Made by a program: the position numbers and the translations under genes. Below the pieces are notes generated by a model. It was not told the origin of the DNA. It did no database searches and saw only the letters and a list, made by a program, of their open reading frames with translations. Of a DNA stretch of 64,000 bases, positions 42,360-54,300 are shown piece after piece (position 1 is the first letter of the stretch; every line of letters begins with the position of its first letter). The stretch lies in assembly GCF_000981445.1 (NCBI RefSeq), contig NC_027218.1, positions 2,108,001-2,172,000 of the forward strand. Direction: 5' to 3'. This DNA comes from Babesia bigemina. Taxonomy: Eukaryota.

Positions 42360-45300
42360 ATGCGAATCTCGCGGGTCAGCCAGTGTTGCGGCACGCGCGG
42401 CTCACTGAGTTCGGTCGACTTCCAGCCGCACGCAAAGCCGCGGACGGTCCACCGCATCGCCACGGCAGCGGGCACCGAGGTCCAGATATGGGCGCTCTGG
42501 CGGGATGACGCAGGCACCAAAAAGTCGGCGCTGAAATGCGTCTGCCTATACACATTCCGCGAACATTCCCCGTACGAGGTCGCCACTGCCAGGTGGTCGC
42601 CCAACGGCCGCTACCTGGCGAGCACCGACTCCGGCGGGACCACCCACATCCTGGAGCGCAGCGACGAGAAGTGTCGCCAACTGGAGCACTCCTTGGGCTG
42701 CCATGAGCCTGCTGGCAATGCGGACGCAGCTTCACCCGCTCCAGAACCGGAGGCCGAGGCCACGACAACCAAGGTAACGCGCAAGTTCACGTTCAAGTAC
42801 GATGGCACAACTGCCAAGCGGCAACGCCAAACGGGCATGCCGAACCGTACCAAGGCGGGAAGGACGCGCATCAGCTACGACTCGCAGTCCGTCAAGACCG
42901 AAGTTGTGAAGCCAGTGACAGTGGAGTCAAATGGCGGCAACTTCGAAGCGTGGAAGTCCATCCAGTCATTCCGCTGCCCCTCGCGCATGGGCCAGCTGTT
43001 CGACATCAGCTGGGCGCCCGACAATCGCAGCATCGTGGGAGGGGGGTTGAACGGCCAGGTCGCGGTGTTCGACATTTTCACGAAGCAGGTGGTGGCCCAC
43101 TTCGACGTGTTCGAGGGCCAGATAGCAGATTCCATCGCGCACAGCCGCGGCTACGTGAAGAGCGTTGCCTGGGACCCGATGACCCTGTATATAGCAGTGC
43201 AGACGAGCGGCAGGGAGGCTTCAGTGTGGCGCCGCTCACCGCCTAATCCCGAGGGATCGGCGCAGAAGTGGAACTTCAAGCGCGTGTTTCATGACACCGA
43301 CCTGTTCCAGAAGTCGCAGTGCGACGTGCTCGGGGGGTCCCGCATATCCTGGGCGCCAAACGGCCAGGTGGTGGCGTTCCCCAGCGCGGGGAAGGCCACG
43401 CTCAATTTCGCGGCGTGTTTCGAGGTTGTGCACGCTGACCTCTCTCGCGACATTGCCGTGCTACGCGACGGCAAGCCGGATCACCGGCGCCTCCAGCTGG
43501 CCTACGACACCGCTGACCACAACGTGCGCCAGGACGCGATGCTGCTGCACGGCCACCCGGCGCGTGTGCGCAACGTCCGCTTCTCACAGGACCTGATGGT
43601 GCCTCAGAAACGCGGCCTTTGCAAGGGCGCCACCTCCTCGGATAGCGACCGCTTCATTTTTTACGCGCAGTCAAGCGATGACGGCACTATTTCAATCTGG
43701 CGTTTCAAGCACGCCAGCAACTGGGACTCGCAGTACAAAAACGAGGTGCAGTGCATCTGCGTGATCCAGAACGCCTCGGACGAGCAGAGCAGCCTGGAGG
43801 ACCTCGCCTGGGGCAACGGCGGCAGGTGGCTGGCGGTGGCCACCAGCCAGGGCGGCATCATCCTGGTTGAGTTGGGCGAGGAGGACACTTCCACGCGTTT
43901 CCACAGCAACTGGATGGACGGTCTGAAAATCGAGGACGCCCACGAAGTCACGACCGATTTCCTGAACAAGGTCGAGCAATACCAGTCGAAGAAAACGCCT
44001 CAGGGTTCTTCCGAATCCTCGGCGAAGGAGCAATCTGGCAGTTCCTCAGACGGCAAAAGTGCCACGAGCAGAAGAAGCGTGGGCGATGTTGCAGCAGCCA
44101 CTGCCACTGCAGGCAGCGTAGCCTGGGCTGCCGCCAGCGATGTACATAGGTATGCGGCACAATACCACCCGGCATCTGGTGGAACGCCATACGAGCTCGT
44201 AAGTGCCCCCTTTGCGTTGAAAGATCATATCCATGGTGTTGGTGAGGTGGCGGAAAGGCAGCTCATGCACTGCGTGACAGCGGTGCTGCTGAGCACACTG
44301 GTGAAGGCACTTCACGGGATAGCAGAGGCATGCGTAGCAGCGACAGCGATGCTAATCTGCCACGTTTATCGTACCCTACCCATTAGTGCTGTGCCTGCGT
44401 TGTGTAGGAGCGCGGCTGGTTCCAACTCGCGAGTCCTGCAAGCAGACGTCGATATCGCATCTCGGCCCTCTCGCTTCGGCCAGGGCGCAGGCCTCGCTGC
44501 CATTGCCATACGGGGAATACAAGCAGAAAGGGTTGGAACTGTGGATTCTATGCGCCTTTATGACCCGGATTCGGCGGAACCGTGTTTGGAAGAGCTTGAG
44601 TTTGGGCGGCATTATTTGGGGTCAACTGAGTACGGCAGCTTACTGCCACCACTTACCAACGGGTTTGTTGGCCCCGGCAATGTATCCAGTAGCTATCCAG
44701 GGGGAAACATGGCTGCGTTACATGCGCAGTTAAAGTCCGGTACGGTGGAAAGTGCCGTTACCAACGCTGTTAAAGAAACCTCGCCGTCACGCAGAGATAC
44801 ATCCGCCAGTCGTCAAAGCGACAAAGCAGGAAAAGCAAGGGAAACAACATTGGATACTGATATTGTGTCGTCGCCCACTTCCAAAACAGGGGGGAATAAA
44901 CGGGATGCAAGTGAGAGATCGGGATCGAGCCCGCGTGGCAGGGGGAGGCCGCCTTCACGTCGGCCGAAAACCTCACCCGTCACAGAAGACAGAATCACCG
45001 ACATTTGGCTGAGCATGGAATACCCTCAGGATGATGATTTGGCGGAACTTTTGAAATGCATTGATAAGACGGTCCCTGCAGTCGACCCGAAACCCCAAAA
45101 GGCGTCTGAGCAAGAACCTGTCACACCCGCAGAGCCCGAGACGTCACAAAATGCTGTTCACACGGATAAGCGCGGGCATTTTGAGTCGGCAGTCTCCGAC
45201 GTTGCAAAGGAAGTGGAAGAAACGTCCATTGAGACCGCAACTGCCAAGGCAACTAAAGGCCGCAAAACCCCTCCAATTTCCACTGCAGAAAAGGAAACGC

Positions 45301-47474
45301 CGGCACATCAAGGATCACCGCAATTTTTCATTTTGCAGGAGGCTGTACCGCACCAGAAATCATCGTCGTTGAAGCCGTCACCCGGTGGACTGCAGTATCA
45401 TGTGTCGTCCTCTAGGAACTCTGCAATAAATTCGCCTTTGTTGACTGGTGGCATGGGTTACTTATCGTCAATTGCTGGTTCAGACCTGGCATCGCCATTG
45501 TTGACCATGGCGCCTCCGATGTCGCCGATTTGGGCAGGCTCCCTGGATTCGTCAACTAATATACAGGCTACATTCGGACCGCTCGTTGACGGCCCGCAAC
45601 ACAAGGCGGGAGTAAGGGCACATTTGCGAACCGTGCCTGCCCCTCCGCCACTGCAGCTTGACCAGAGCAAGCCGCCCCCGCGGTTGGAAGGCTTATTCGA
45701 GGTGCCCCTCATCCGACCGTCCCTATCGGTGCAGATACAAGGTGCTAACAAGCAGGTGGTAGTGATCAACCGTGCCAACACGATGTGTTCCGCGTTGGTC
45801 GCATGCGTGGAGCGCAACGGGGATGGGACGCTTCGTATGCAGTGGACGAAACAGGTCAGCAAGGGCTACGCCACTCACATATGCCCGGTTCAAAGCGAGG
45901 GCATGGTGCTCATTGTCACCCAAATATGCCGCAAGTCAATCCAGAGGGACACTCATGACCCCGCAGAATGCTTGAATGCAAGAGGGTCGCCCGTCGGTGG
46001 TGGCAAGGCGGTGGATTTGGGTCCGGCCAAGCGCAATGCAAAACTGTCGTTCACGACATTCTTCACGCTCATGGATACGCTAACCGGTGCAACCCTGATC
46101 GACGGATGCCCAATATCGAACGTCAACGTCGCCCGGATTAATGTCTTCCCCTGCGGCAACCGGATATACGCCGCGTTCACAGCTACAAAAGGGGGCATCG
46201 CTTTGTATATCTTCTACAGGAAGCTGGGTTGCATTGCCTGGACTGTCTCGCCCAACATTGTGATATCGGCGAATGACTTTCTCAAAAGCGGCACTTGCGC
46301 CGATATCAAGCAGCTGCAGATGCTCTGCGTCAATCTCAACGCCGCCCAAAGCTCGGCGCCCAAGAACACCGCTCTTGGGTTCCTGACCACCAAGGAAAAA
46401 CAAGAAGCTGAAAGTGATAACAACGAAGGTACGGAAGCGCAGCAAATGGGTGTTGCTACAGCACCAAACGACGGTGACCGAAAGGGCAACCACCGTTCAA
46501 AAATGCGGCGTGTTGTAACGGGCAAGGAAAGGGACACGACGTTTGTGGCAATACTGGTGTACATGCAGGAACCGCAGGTTTACGTGCTCACGCAGTACTA
46601 TGAGCCCTTTCTCATCGACCTCACCCAGGTCCACAGATTGTTTCGCCCTCAGAAGCCTGCAGCCAACGTCATGTCGTTTGGGTCGCTGTGCGACACGTAC
46701 CGTTGCGAGCTCGGGCTGATCCAAGGGGCAGATGTCGGGGGGGACGCGCTCTTCAACGACGTGGTGCATCGGTTGGTCGACGTGTTCCACCTGGACCCGA
46801 CGTTGAAGGACCACTACCCATCTGCCAAAACTGAGAAAAGTGTAGAGGATGTGGTAGTGGAAGCGGCGCTGCAGCGTGATCGGCTGCTTGCGGCCATGTT
46901 GGTGCTTGGCAGCCGCTCCGAGTACATACTGCAGTTGCACGAGCATGTTCACGATATGGTGGCGCGTATCCAAGCCGCCAAGCTTTGTGATATAGTGGCT
47001 CAGCTGTACAAGCGTTCGATCGAGTGGTGCGCGAACGGATGGCGGGGGCCGCGCGTCGAACTCACTGGCTTCGACGCACGCCTCATGAACGTCATCGGAG
47101 TGGACGTCTCCGCCATCCTGCACGAGTTCCTGTTGCCGCTGCTCTGGGACCTGTATGTCGCTTTGGAAGAGGAATGCAAGGCGCGCGGAATGGAGCCGGT
47201 TGAAAACCGACCGGACCCTGTGCCCGCGCCGCAGTGCCCAGGCAGGTGCCACAAGTACTGCACCGCCGCATCAGCGCGCTGCCCAATCAGCCGGGCACGC
47301 AAGGCGATAGGCAACACGGACACAACAAGCGACGATGAGTTGAAACCACTGCGTGAGGTTAGTGTATTATGCTGCGTTATGTGCAGTGTTTTGCAGGTTT
47401 GTGCGGCAGGGCTGCACAACGCCGCCGCCTGGGAGCGTGCGCTGTCGTGCGCGCAGGCGACATTCACGCCGTAG
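42360..47474 (+). CDS. HIRA: HIRA/Hir1-like WD40 histone chaperone
   Basis: SVDFQP...RIATAAG...VQIW, RWSPNGRYLAS, DISWAPD, GYVKSVAWDPMTLYIAVQ, RISWAPNG and DLAW follow the HIRA propeller order. ATG at 42360. Confidence 0.78.
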   Translation: MRISRVSQCCGTRGSLSSVDFQPHAKPRTVHRIATAAGTEVQIWALWRDDAGTKKSALKCVCLYTFREHSPYEVATARWSPNGRYLASTDSGGTTHILERSDEKCRQLEHSLGCHEPAGNADAASPAPEPEAEATTTKVTRKFTFKYDGTTAKRQRQTGMPNRTKAGRTRISYDSQSVKTEVVKPVTVESNGGNFEAWKSIQSFRCPSRMGQLFDISWAPDNRSIVGGGLNGQVAVFDIFTKQVVAHFDVFEGQIADSIAHSRGYVKSVAWDPMTLYIAVQTSGREASVWRRSPPNPEGSAQKWNFKRVFHDTDLFQKSQCDVLGGSRISWAPNGQVVAFPSAGKATLNFAACFEVVHADLSRDIAVLRDGKPDHRRLQLAYDTADHNVRQDAMLLHGHPARVRNVRFSQDLMVPQKRGLCKGATSSDSDRFIFYAQSSDDGTISIWRFKHASNWDSQYKNEVQCICVIQNASDEQSSLEDLAWGNGGRWLAVATSQGGIILVELGEEDTSTRFHSNWMDGLKIEDAHEVTTDFLNKVEQYQSKKTPQGSSESSAKEQSGSSSDGKSATSRRSVGDVAAATATAGSVAWAAASDVHRYAAQYHPASGGTPYELVSAPFALKDHIHGVGEVAERQLMHCVTAVLLSTLVKALHGIAEACVAATAMLICHVYRTLPISAVPALCRSAAGSNSRVLQADVDIASRPSRFGQGAGLAAIAIRGIQAERVGTVDSMRLYDPDSAEPCLEELEFGRHYLGSTEYGSLLPPLTNGFVGPGNVSSSYPGGNMAALHAQLKSGTVESAVTNAVKETSPSRRDTSASRQSDKAGKARETTLDTDIVSSPTSKTGGNKRDASERSGSSPRGRGRPPSRRPKTSPVTEDRITDIWLSMEYPQDDDLAELLKCIDKTVPAVDPKPQKASEQEPVTPAEPETSQNAVHTDKRGHFESAVSDVAKEVEETSIETATAKATKGRKTPPISTAEKETPAHQGSPQFFILQEAVPHQKSSSLKPSPGGLQYHVSSSRNSAINSPLLTGGMGYLSSIAGSDLASPLLTMAPPMSPIWAGSLDSSTNIQATFGPLVDGPQHKAGVRAHLRTVPAPPPLQLDQSKPPPRLEGLFEVPLIRPSLSVQIQGANKQVVVINRANTMCSALVACVERNGDGTLRMQWTKQVSKGYATHICPVQSEGMVLIVTQICRKSIQRDTHDPAECLNARGSPVGGGKAVDLGPAKRNAKLSFTTFFTLMDTLTGATLIDGCPISNVNVARINVFPCGNRIYAAFTATKGGIALYIFYRKLGCIAWTVSPNIVISANDFLKSGTCADIKQLQMLCVNLNAAQSSAPKNTALGFLTTKEKQEAESDNNEGTEAQQMGVATAPNDGDRKGNHRSKMRRVVTGKERDTTFVAILVYMQEPQVYVLTQYYEPFLIDLTQVHRLFRPQKPAANVMSFGSLCDTYRCELGLIQGADVGGDALFNDVVHRLVDVFHLDPTLKDHYPSAKTEKSVEDVVVEAALQRDRLLAAMLVLGSRSEYILQLHEHVHDMVARIQAAKLCDIVAQLYKRSIEWCANGWRGPRVELTGFDARLMNVIGVDVSAILHEFLLPLLWDLYVALEEECKARGMEPVENRPDPVPAPQCPGRCHKYCTAASARCPISRARKAIGNTDTTSDDELKPLREVSVLCCVMCSVLQVCAAGLHNAAAWERALSCAQATFTP

Positions 47475-50400
47475 ACGTCCCCTGCACCGGGGCGTTTTTC
47501 GCCTCTTCGAGCTCGGCTTCCTCCCAAGTGCAGATGCTGTCGTTGCTATCCTTGGGAAGCACGTACTCCGCTTCCACCAGGGCCTTCAGAGGGTCGTCTT
47601 CGGGCTTCGCCTCTCCACGATCTACTTTCTGCATGAACTCGAAAGCCATCTTATAAAGTTCTTGTGGGTAGCGACGCATACGTTGCCTGGGGTCATCCTC
47701 CGCGTACTCCACGGGCTTTAAGTAGAACCGCGCAGCAGGCACCTCATCATCGGCCGAGTAGCGCGCGTAGGGTTTGTTGAGCGGGTCCACAGTCCACATC
47801 GTTTTCATCTCCTCAGTCGGACTCAGATGGCTCACGAGCTTGCCCTCCCGCCTGCTGTATGCGTTGCTGAGGTCGGGCCATGTGAGCCCCGCCCCCTTCC
47901 TGATGTAGTCCAGTATAACCTCGTTCCTGATGAGCCCGCGCTTTATCATGTCCTGACTGAGGGTGCGTCGCCGGTCTAGCCTGCTGGGCGCCTTTCCCAG
48001 GAGCATGCACCGCTCCTCGTCGTTTTTGTACATGAGGTAGCACTCGCTTTTCTTGATCCAGAATCCGGCGATGGCCTCTGGCCTATTCTTCGGCAGCCTG
48101 TTCGTAGTTTCCGCCCCAACGCCCGTTTGGATCATGCTCTCCTCCCCCCTCTCGTTGTACTTCACGTTGTCGTCACCGGGCGGGCACTCGAAGAAGTCGC
48201 CGGCGGGCAGGGAGACGTACACGTAGTCCTTAAGCAGGTCAGCGAAGAACGGGGTGTCCAGCTCCACGGGGGCGTTTTCGGACAGCAGCTTGCCGACCGC
48301 ATCAGTTGATAGCAGCACACCTGGCAGCATCTGGACGGACCCCGGCACCTCTTGTTTACCAGGGCGGCCAACGACATACATACGACCTCTAGTTATGCCG
48401 CCCATCTGCGATTCCAAAGGCCCATTTAGTTTATCTTGGCTTCGGGAGGCGCCTTCGGTATCTTCTACTCGAGGTGGGGGCATCTCAACAGCAAGTGACC
48501 CGTCACGCTCAAACGGCACGTCACCGAGTTTAGCCTTATCTTCCACAATGGGCCTGGTTGAGGCTATATGCTTGGAGGAGATGTTGGGTGCTTTGAAGCA
48601 TTCAGACACCGTTCGTCGTATGGTAATGCGCAGCCGGCCTGGCCAAGATTGCTGTGCAGGGTCGGTCCCAGCGTCCCCGGACTCTGGAGGTGTCGACTCG
48701 GTGGCACCATCCACTCGTTGCTCAGAATGCTCATCACGAACATTCTCCACGCCAACGGATTCCCCCGCGGCCAATTCACGATAGAGTTCCGACGACCGAG
48801 GTATGACTTTAGGCAGGGCCAACACGTGACCCCAACCGTCCGACATGCGGTCGCGCAACACGTCCACCGGGTCGCGCTCGATGATGGCGTACTCCTGCTT
48901 CACCGGCATCAAAGAACTCCCCATGGGCAGCGGCGCGACGTAGTGGCAGTTACGGCCGTAGAAGCCGACCTCGTACGCCTTCGCCACAAAGAGGCTCTCG
49001 TAGCAGCCGGCGCGCGTGTAAGGCGAACGCCTTGCCCAGTCGAACGCATCGTCGGAGTCGAACTGGTTGATGATGCTGAGGTCGCCGATGGGCAGCGACT
49101 TGTTCTTCGTGTTGCACGCATCCCTCACATTGTTCAACCGGTCCAGCAACCGGTCACGCTGCTGGGTGGTTATGGGCAAAAACTGCTGCAGCGGCATGCT
49201 CAGGTCGACCATCGCGTCCTTCCTCGGGGAGTGCAACATCACGTGGGTGTTCACGCAGTTCGACCGAACGACAAAACGCATCATCTTGTCCCGGAGCAAC
49301 TTGTGGTCATCGCGGTGGTCGTACGAACCCAACACGACGTACTGCCGAGGGTTCTCCCGGTTGGGGTCGCGCTTCTTGAATATCTGGTATTTGAGCACAT
49401 CGTCCACCTCGAAAAGCAGCAGCTGCTGGTACAGGTTGCACCGGGCCATGGGGTCCGAGCACGCGAGGCCCACGGCGTGGTGCAGCGTCGGCGCCGTCAG
49501 GAAGTAGAGCACACCGACCGACGTCTCAACGGGCACCTCACTAGGGGGTTTAGGCCGCCCCAGGATAGTTGTGCGCCGCGCCGAGAAAACCTCCTGCTTG
49601 AAGTTTTTACGCACCCGCAACTTGTACATCCTCAGCACCTTGGCCGTCGACCGCAGCAACGTCGTAGACAGCCGAGCCCACAATGCTTGTGACGGCACCA
49701 TCTCGCTCAACACAGTTTCGAAGTGTTTGTAAGGCCATACGCCGTCTTCTGCGAAGTGATGCCGATACAGGTCCTCACTGATAGTTTCGTGGTGGCGAGG
49801 CGCCATTGGCCCCAAATGTGACATGTCGCCTTTATTCCCACGGAAGCGCTCGCCTTGTTCGATAGGGTACTTGGAATGCATCATGTTGTTGTTGGGCATC
49901 ACGGCATCCCTCCCGGAGAGCACGCGTAACGTCAGCGGAGAGTTGTACAGCCCGCTGGCGAGCCGGCCCATGGGGTCGCCGTCCGTCAAGCGGTACCCCG
50001 ACCACAAGACTGCCGGGTCACTAACACCGGTGGCGGTGTGGTACAGACCAAGCGCGGCGAAAGTTCGCCACCCCAACGGCACCGAAGGGCGCTCCTTGCT
50101 TCCCTCCGTGGGCGGCATGTCCGACGGCAACTGCAGTTTCGGCGGCTCCGGCGTGCGCGGGAACACCTCAGTCCCATTCCGCATATAATTGAACTCCGGC
50201 TGGTACCTGAAAAACGCCTTGATGTGCCTCTTGCAGTAATACCCCTGGCACGTGGGATCCAACAGATCGTCCACGTTCGAACCGTCGGTGACGTTTAGGC
50301 AGTCTCTAGCCCTGCTGGCGGGCATGAAATCGGTGAGAGTACGCAGCGCAGCGCGTTGCGGGAAGGTGCGCAGAAACGGGTAGCGCCACATCACAGTCTT

Positions 50401-50970
50401 CTTGCTGCGCGGGTCCTGCATGAACTGGGTGAGGTCGCTGAACATCGTTTCCGGAGTGGAGTCGGCGGGATCTATCAGAGGGGTCTCATCTGAATCGACT
50501 TCCGGTGGTCTGAATACAGCGCCATATTGCTTGACAACGGCGCCGCTTGTAGTCGACTCCACCGAAAGCATCCCCCGTCCTTTCGCAGGCAGCCGCCTTA
50601 GGCTGCGAGTTCCCTCACCCACGAATCTCCCCTCGGCAGCAGGTCCATCCGTATGTGCCGTGTTCGCAGTGCCACTACATTGGCGCACGACGAAAGCCGA
50701 TCTGCGTGGACTTGTTCCGTCATGTGGAGCATGTGACTCCGTTGCACGGGAGCGCAACGATGCCACTCTAGAGACTCGCTCAGTTGTATGCGATACGGGC
50801 GCCTTCAAGGCGACCTGGGTTGCGATAAGGTTGCTCGGTCTCCGGTCAACATGGTCAAGCGAGGCATGTCCTCGCCACTGCCGCCGTGCAGCGCCTCCGC
50901 AGACGATCAGTGCGAGGAAGGCGCATCCTGAGCATCTCAGCAGCTGAAGTATCAACGACGCCAGCCACAT
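47464..50970 (-). CDS. Hypothetical protein with a signal plus basic transit-like N-terminus (possible apicoplast targeting) and two YciI-like segments
   Basis: 1168-aa ORF. Hydrophobic N-terminus followed by an R/S-rich region. Motifs VGVLYFL...ACSDPMARCNLY and IGDLSII...DWARRSPYTRAGCY. Confidence 0.7.
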   Translation of the reverse strand: MWLASLILQLLRCSGCAFLALIVCGGAARRQWRGHASLDHVDRRPSNLIATQVALKAPVSHTTERVSRVASLRSRATESHAPHDGTSPRRSAFVVRQCSGTANTAHTDGPAAEGRFVGEGTRSLRRLPAKGRGMLSVESTTSGAVVKQYGAVFRPPEVDSDETPLIDPADSTPETMFSDLTQFMQDPRSKKTVMWRYPFLRTFPQRAALRTLTDFMPASRARDCLNVTDGSNVDDLLDPTCQGYYCKRHIKAFFRYQPEFNYMRNGTEVFPRTPEPPKLQLPSDMPPTEGSKERPSVPLGWRTFAALGLYHTATGVSDPAVLWSGYRLTDGDPMGRLASGLYNSPLTLRVLSGRDAVMPNNNMMHSKYPIEQGERFRGNKGDMSHLGPMAPRHHETISEDLYRHHFAEDGVWPYKHFETVLSEMVPSQALWARLSTTLLRSTAKVLRMYKLRVRKNFKQEVFSARRTTILGRPKPPSEVPVETSVGVLYFLTAPTLHHAVGLACSDPMARCNLYQQLLLFEVDDVLKYQIFKKRDPNRENPRQYVVLGSYDHRDDHKLLRDKMMRFVVRSNCVNTHVMLHSPRKDAMVDLSMPLQQFLPITTQQRDRLLDRLNNVRDACNTKNKSLPIGDLSIINQFDSDDAFDWARRSPYTRAGCYESLFVAKAYEVGFYGRNCHYVAPLPMGSSLMPVKQEYAIIERDPVDVLRDRMSDGWGHVLALPKVIPRSSELYRELAAGESVGVENVRDEHSEQRVDGATESTPPESGDAGTDPAQQSWPGRLRITIRRTVSECFKAPNISSKHIASTRPIVEDKAKLGDVPFERDGSLAVEMPPPRVEDTEGASRSQDKLNGPLESQMGGITRGRMYVVGRPGKQEVPGSVQMLPGVLLSTDAVGKLLSENAPVELDTPFFADLLKDYVYVSLPAGDFFECPPGDDNVKYNERGEESMIQTGVGAETTNRLPKNRPEAIAGFWIKKSECYLMYKNDEERCMLLGKAPSRLDRRRTLSQDMIKRGLIRNEVILDYIRKGAGLTWPDLSNAYSRREGKLVSHLSPTEEMKTMWTVDPLNKPYARYSADDEVPAARFYLKPVEYAEDDPRQRMRRYPQELYKMAFEFMQKVDRGEAKPEDDPLKALVEAEYVLPKDSNDSICTWEEAELEEAKNAPVQGTSTA

Positions 50971-51396
50971 CGGCCACTGTGTTGAGCTAACGGCGGCGGC
51001 AGCGTAGGCTGAGGAACGACGCTGCCGCCCAGAGCCATAGCTTCCAACGTGCTGCGAGCTCTACACAACCCCTGCCGTACCTTAGCCCTGTCACGGTGTA
51101 TTGTGCGAAATATTACGGCTGTCTTCCTCAGCATTACCGGCGTATTTATGCCGCTCTCCCCATAGACACATGTTGAGCGACTGTGAGCCGCTTGAGTTTA
51201 TTCCATCCGTTGGTTAACCAAGGAATCATTAACACATTACACATTTAATGATACATGTGCTCACATTGGGCTGCTGTGTGCGTATTTGCTGGCATTTTGA
51301 CGCCGCTCGCAGCAGCGCCTCTGTGGCAAGTTTATGCCCATTGTTTGCTGCTGTAGATGTACAGCACGTACTCATGTGCGATAATATAAACTAGAT

Positions 51397-54300
51397 ATGG
51401 TGGTGGAACGAGTTTCTACCGCCGAATACCTCGGTAAGTGGCACGTTGATGCTGTCCATGCTCATCGCCATCCAGGCCGAGTGCGGGCCGCAGCGGCGCG
51501 CAGGACCTCAGAGAAGCTCTACAAGCGTCTAGTTAAGTATGGGCGCGGATACGAGGTTCGTCCGGAGGAGGATATCCCGGGAAGTCGCGTTCTGCTCGGC
51601 GAGTTGCTGCTCGTCAGCTTCGTCGAGCAGTGCAACTCCGGAGGCTCCGCTGAAGACATGATGGAACAGTTCCACAACAAGTGCCTGCACGAGATATCTC
51701 AGACGGGCTACCTTCTGTCCTACGCGCAGCCGTACAACCTGCCGCCTCTGATGACGATCCAGAACCTGCGGAGGTTCGGCAGCAGCCACAGCCTGAGTGA
51801 CCTGTCGCCGTGCTCCCCTCAGGCCACCGGGTCGCCGACTAGCCGCTCTCCCAGCAGGGTGGCGAGTCCAACCGCCCCCCTAAACATAAGCGAGGTCGAC
51901 GTCGACGCGTCGACGCGCATGACCATAGGGGAGTTTAGGGACAATGAGGCCAACGTAGGCCAGTCGCCACGCAGTGTCGCAGAAAATGACATGAGCGATG
52001 CGGCCATGATGGCTGCAACACGTCCCACCGTCCAACGACAAGTAAGCAGCATACCGTTCGGGGCCGAGAGCGCAGAAGTGTTCTACGGCCCGGCGCAATA
52101 CTCCAAGTCGCCGCAAAGGCTGCTGGAAACAATCGGCCATACATCCGCTCATTTGCGCGTGTGGGACTCCCGAGAGCTCGAGAGTGTTGTTCCACGAAAC
52201 TGCACTGTGCTTTGGAAGTCGAGAATCGCAACCTTGTTCACCATCGCAGCTTCCTTTTGCGGCGATGGGCATGTCTACACCTGTACCCAGTGCAAGCAGC
52301 TGCTGAGGGTCATAAGCTCATCCTTCCCTTGGAGCTTGACCCTGCTTATGCGGTGTATGAAACGCATCGATCACCTGGAGACAGTGTACAGCCAAATGTT
52401 CCACCGGCTGGTCCGGCTGTACAGCAAAGGCGACGCGCTGACGGGCACCTATTACGCACATGTGGCAACCGGCATTGCCTACACGGTGGACACTCCAGCG
52501 CTGGTCGAAACGGAGCCGAAGACGCTTGTCCATATCCTTGCAGGGTGGCTGGCGGATCGGCGCATTCACAGATTCATCGAGCCCTATCCAAGCATCAAGC
52601 TGCACAAGATCCTGCTGGCGGCCATCATGAAGCTGGGCCCCTCAAGTACCACCATGCGTGTCGACCGTGAGCACCTAGAGTTGTTAAGAGGCGCCGTCGT
52701 GTCGTTCATGCTGGGCTTTGGGATGCACGTGCTGGAGGACATCTGCAAAGCAGGGCGCATATCATTCGACAAGTACACCACGCAGGGAGTAAGGTACTCG
52801 TACCGCCTGAATCTGCGGCTGCGTCAGCTTAGGTGCATGGTGGAGGAGTACGTCAGGGTGGCAGCGCCGTTCGCGCAGAAGGCCAGCGAGGCGAGGATGA
52901 TCGTCGCGCCCTTCCTGGGCAACCCCGAGCTATACAGGTGGCTGTTGTCGATGAACTTCTCGACATGGTCAAGTGAAGAACAGCGGATGCAGTGCAGGTT
53001 GGCAATTGTGGTGCTCTACCTGGTGGCGGTGAACCACCAACATCCGTACGTACGGTCTGAGGACATCAGGTTTTTGAGGAAATTCCACTGCCTACCATGG
53101 GCGTCTGCGATCTCCTTCTGCTGCAAGGATCCGGCCATCAACCACATGGTCGCGCCACTGACCAGCGCGCTTGTTCAGTGTCTGGGTGAGGGGGCGGTGC
53201 TCAACCTGGTGTCGGGCGACACCGTCGTAAGCATGTTGAACGAAGTTATGATGAAGGTCTCGACAGGGGAGAAGGAGCTCCACGGGTATCGCGAATTGAA
53301 GCTGGAATCGATTGTGCCATTGGAGCGCACGACGGTGTACACGCCGTTGCGTATACTGTGGCCAAAAATCATGAGCAAGGTACTCGGTCACACAGTGAGA
53401 CGCATGTCGCTGCCACCGATGCTCTACTATTCGGTAGCTCACCTGATGCGGATCATATGGGAGCATCACGACCCGCAGGAAGGGGCGAATGCTGCAATCG
53501 TCCACGTCAACAACGAGCAGGGGCGGTTCAAAAAGTTTTACAACGAAGCCAGAAAGCAATCATTGGAAGTACATTGGTCGATATGCCATCTCAACATGCT
53601 GTACTCAATAGAAAGCACGCTCTTCGACTCGGCGTTCTTGGACAGCATCATATACAACTACGTTGTGGAGCGGGACCCCGCATCCAGCCCAAGGCAGAAA
53701 AACGCGCTCATGCTGTTCTGCAATGAGACCAAGGGCGCTGATATGCAGAAACTCTTCTCGTCCAACTATATCGCACTGCACCAAAACCCCATCAACGTGC
53801 TGCTGCGCATGCCCAAGAAAGCGGTCCTGAACTCGTTCGCGCTCAGGGCGTTCCCCAATATGCTGCTGCAACTCTTCCACAGCCTCTACAAGTACGTCTG
53901 TTACGGGTTATCCAGCTTCAACGTTCACCGGAAAACACAACTGGAGCTCACTCACATAAACGCCCTGCAGGTAGGTCTTGAGCTGCGGGTTCACACCGTA
54001 TACGTAATTGCAGGAGGCAGCGGCGCTCAACGTGATCCTGGATATGCTGCCAGAAAAACTGACTCGAACAGTTGAAATCAACATCTCAAGCTTCCTGTGG
54101 ATGCTGAGTTCAAGGGCGACCTTCACCGATGACGTCATCGCATCCAGTGGCCTCCCGCCGAATAAGATTCTGTTATGGCTAAACCTCGGTGTCCCAGAGG
54201 AGAGAAGGTTTGAGAAGGTGGCCGAGCGGTTCAACGTGGCGGCGGAAAATCTCCTCAAATCTACCGCCGTGAACCCCAACGGGTGGGTGGTGCCAACTTA

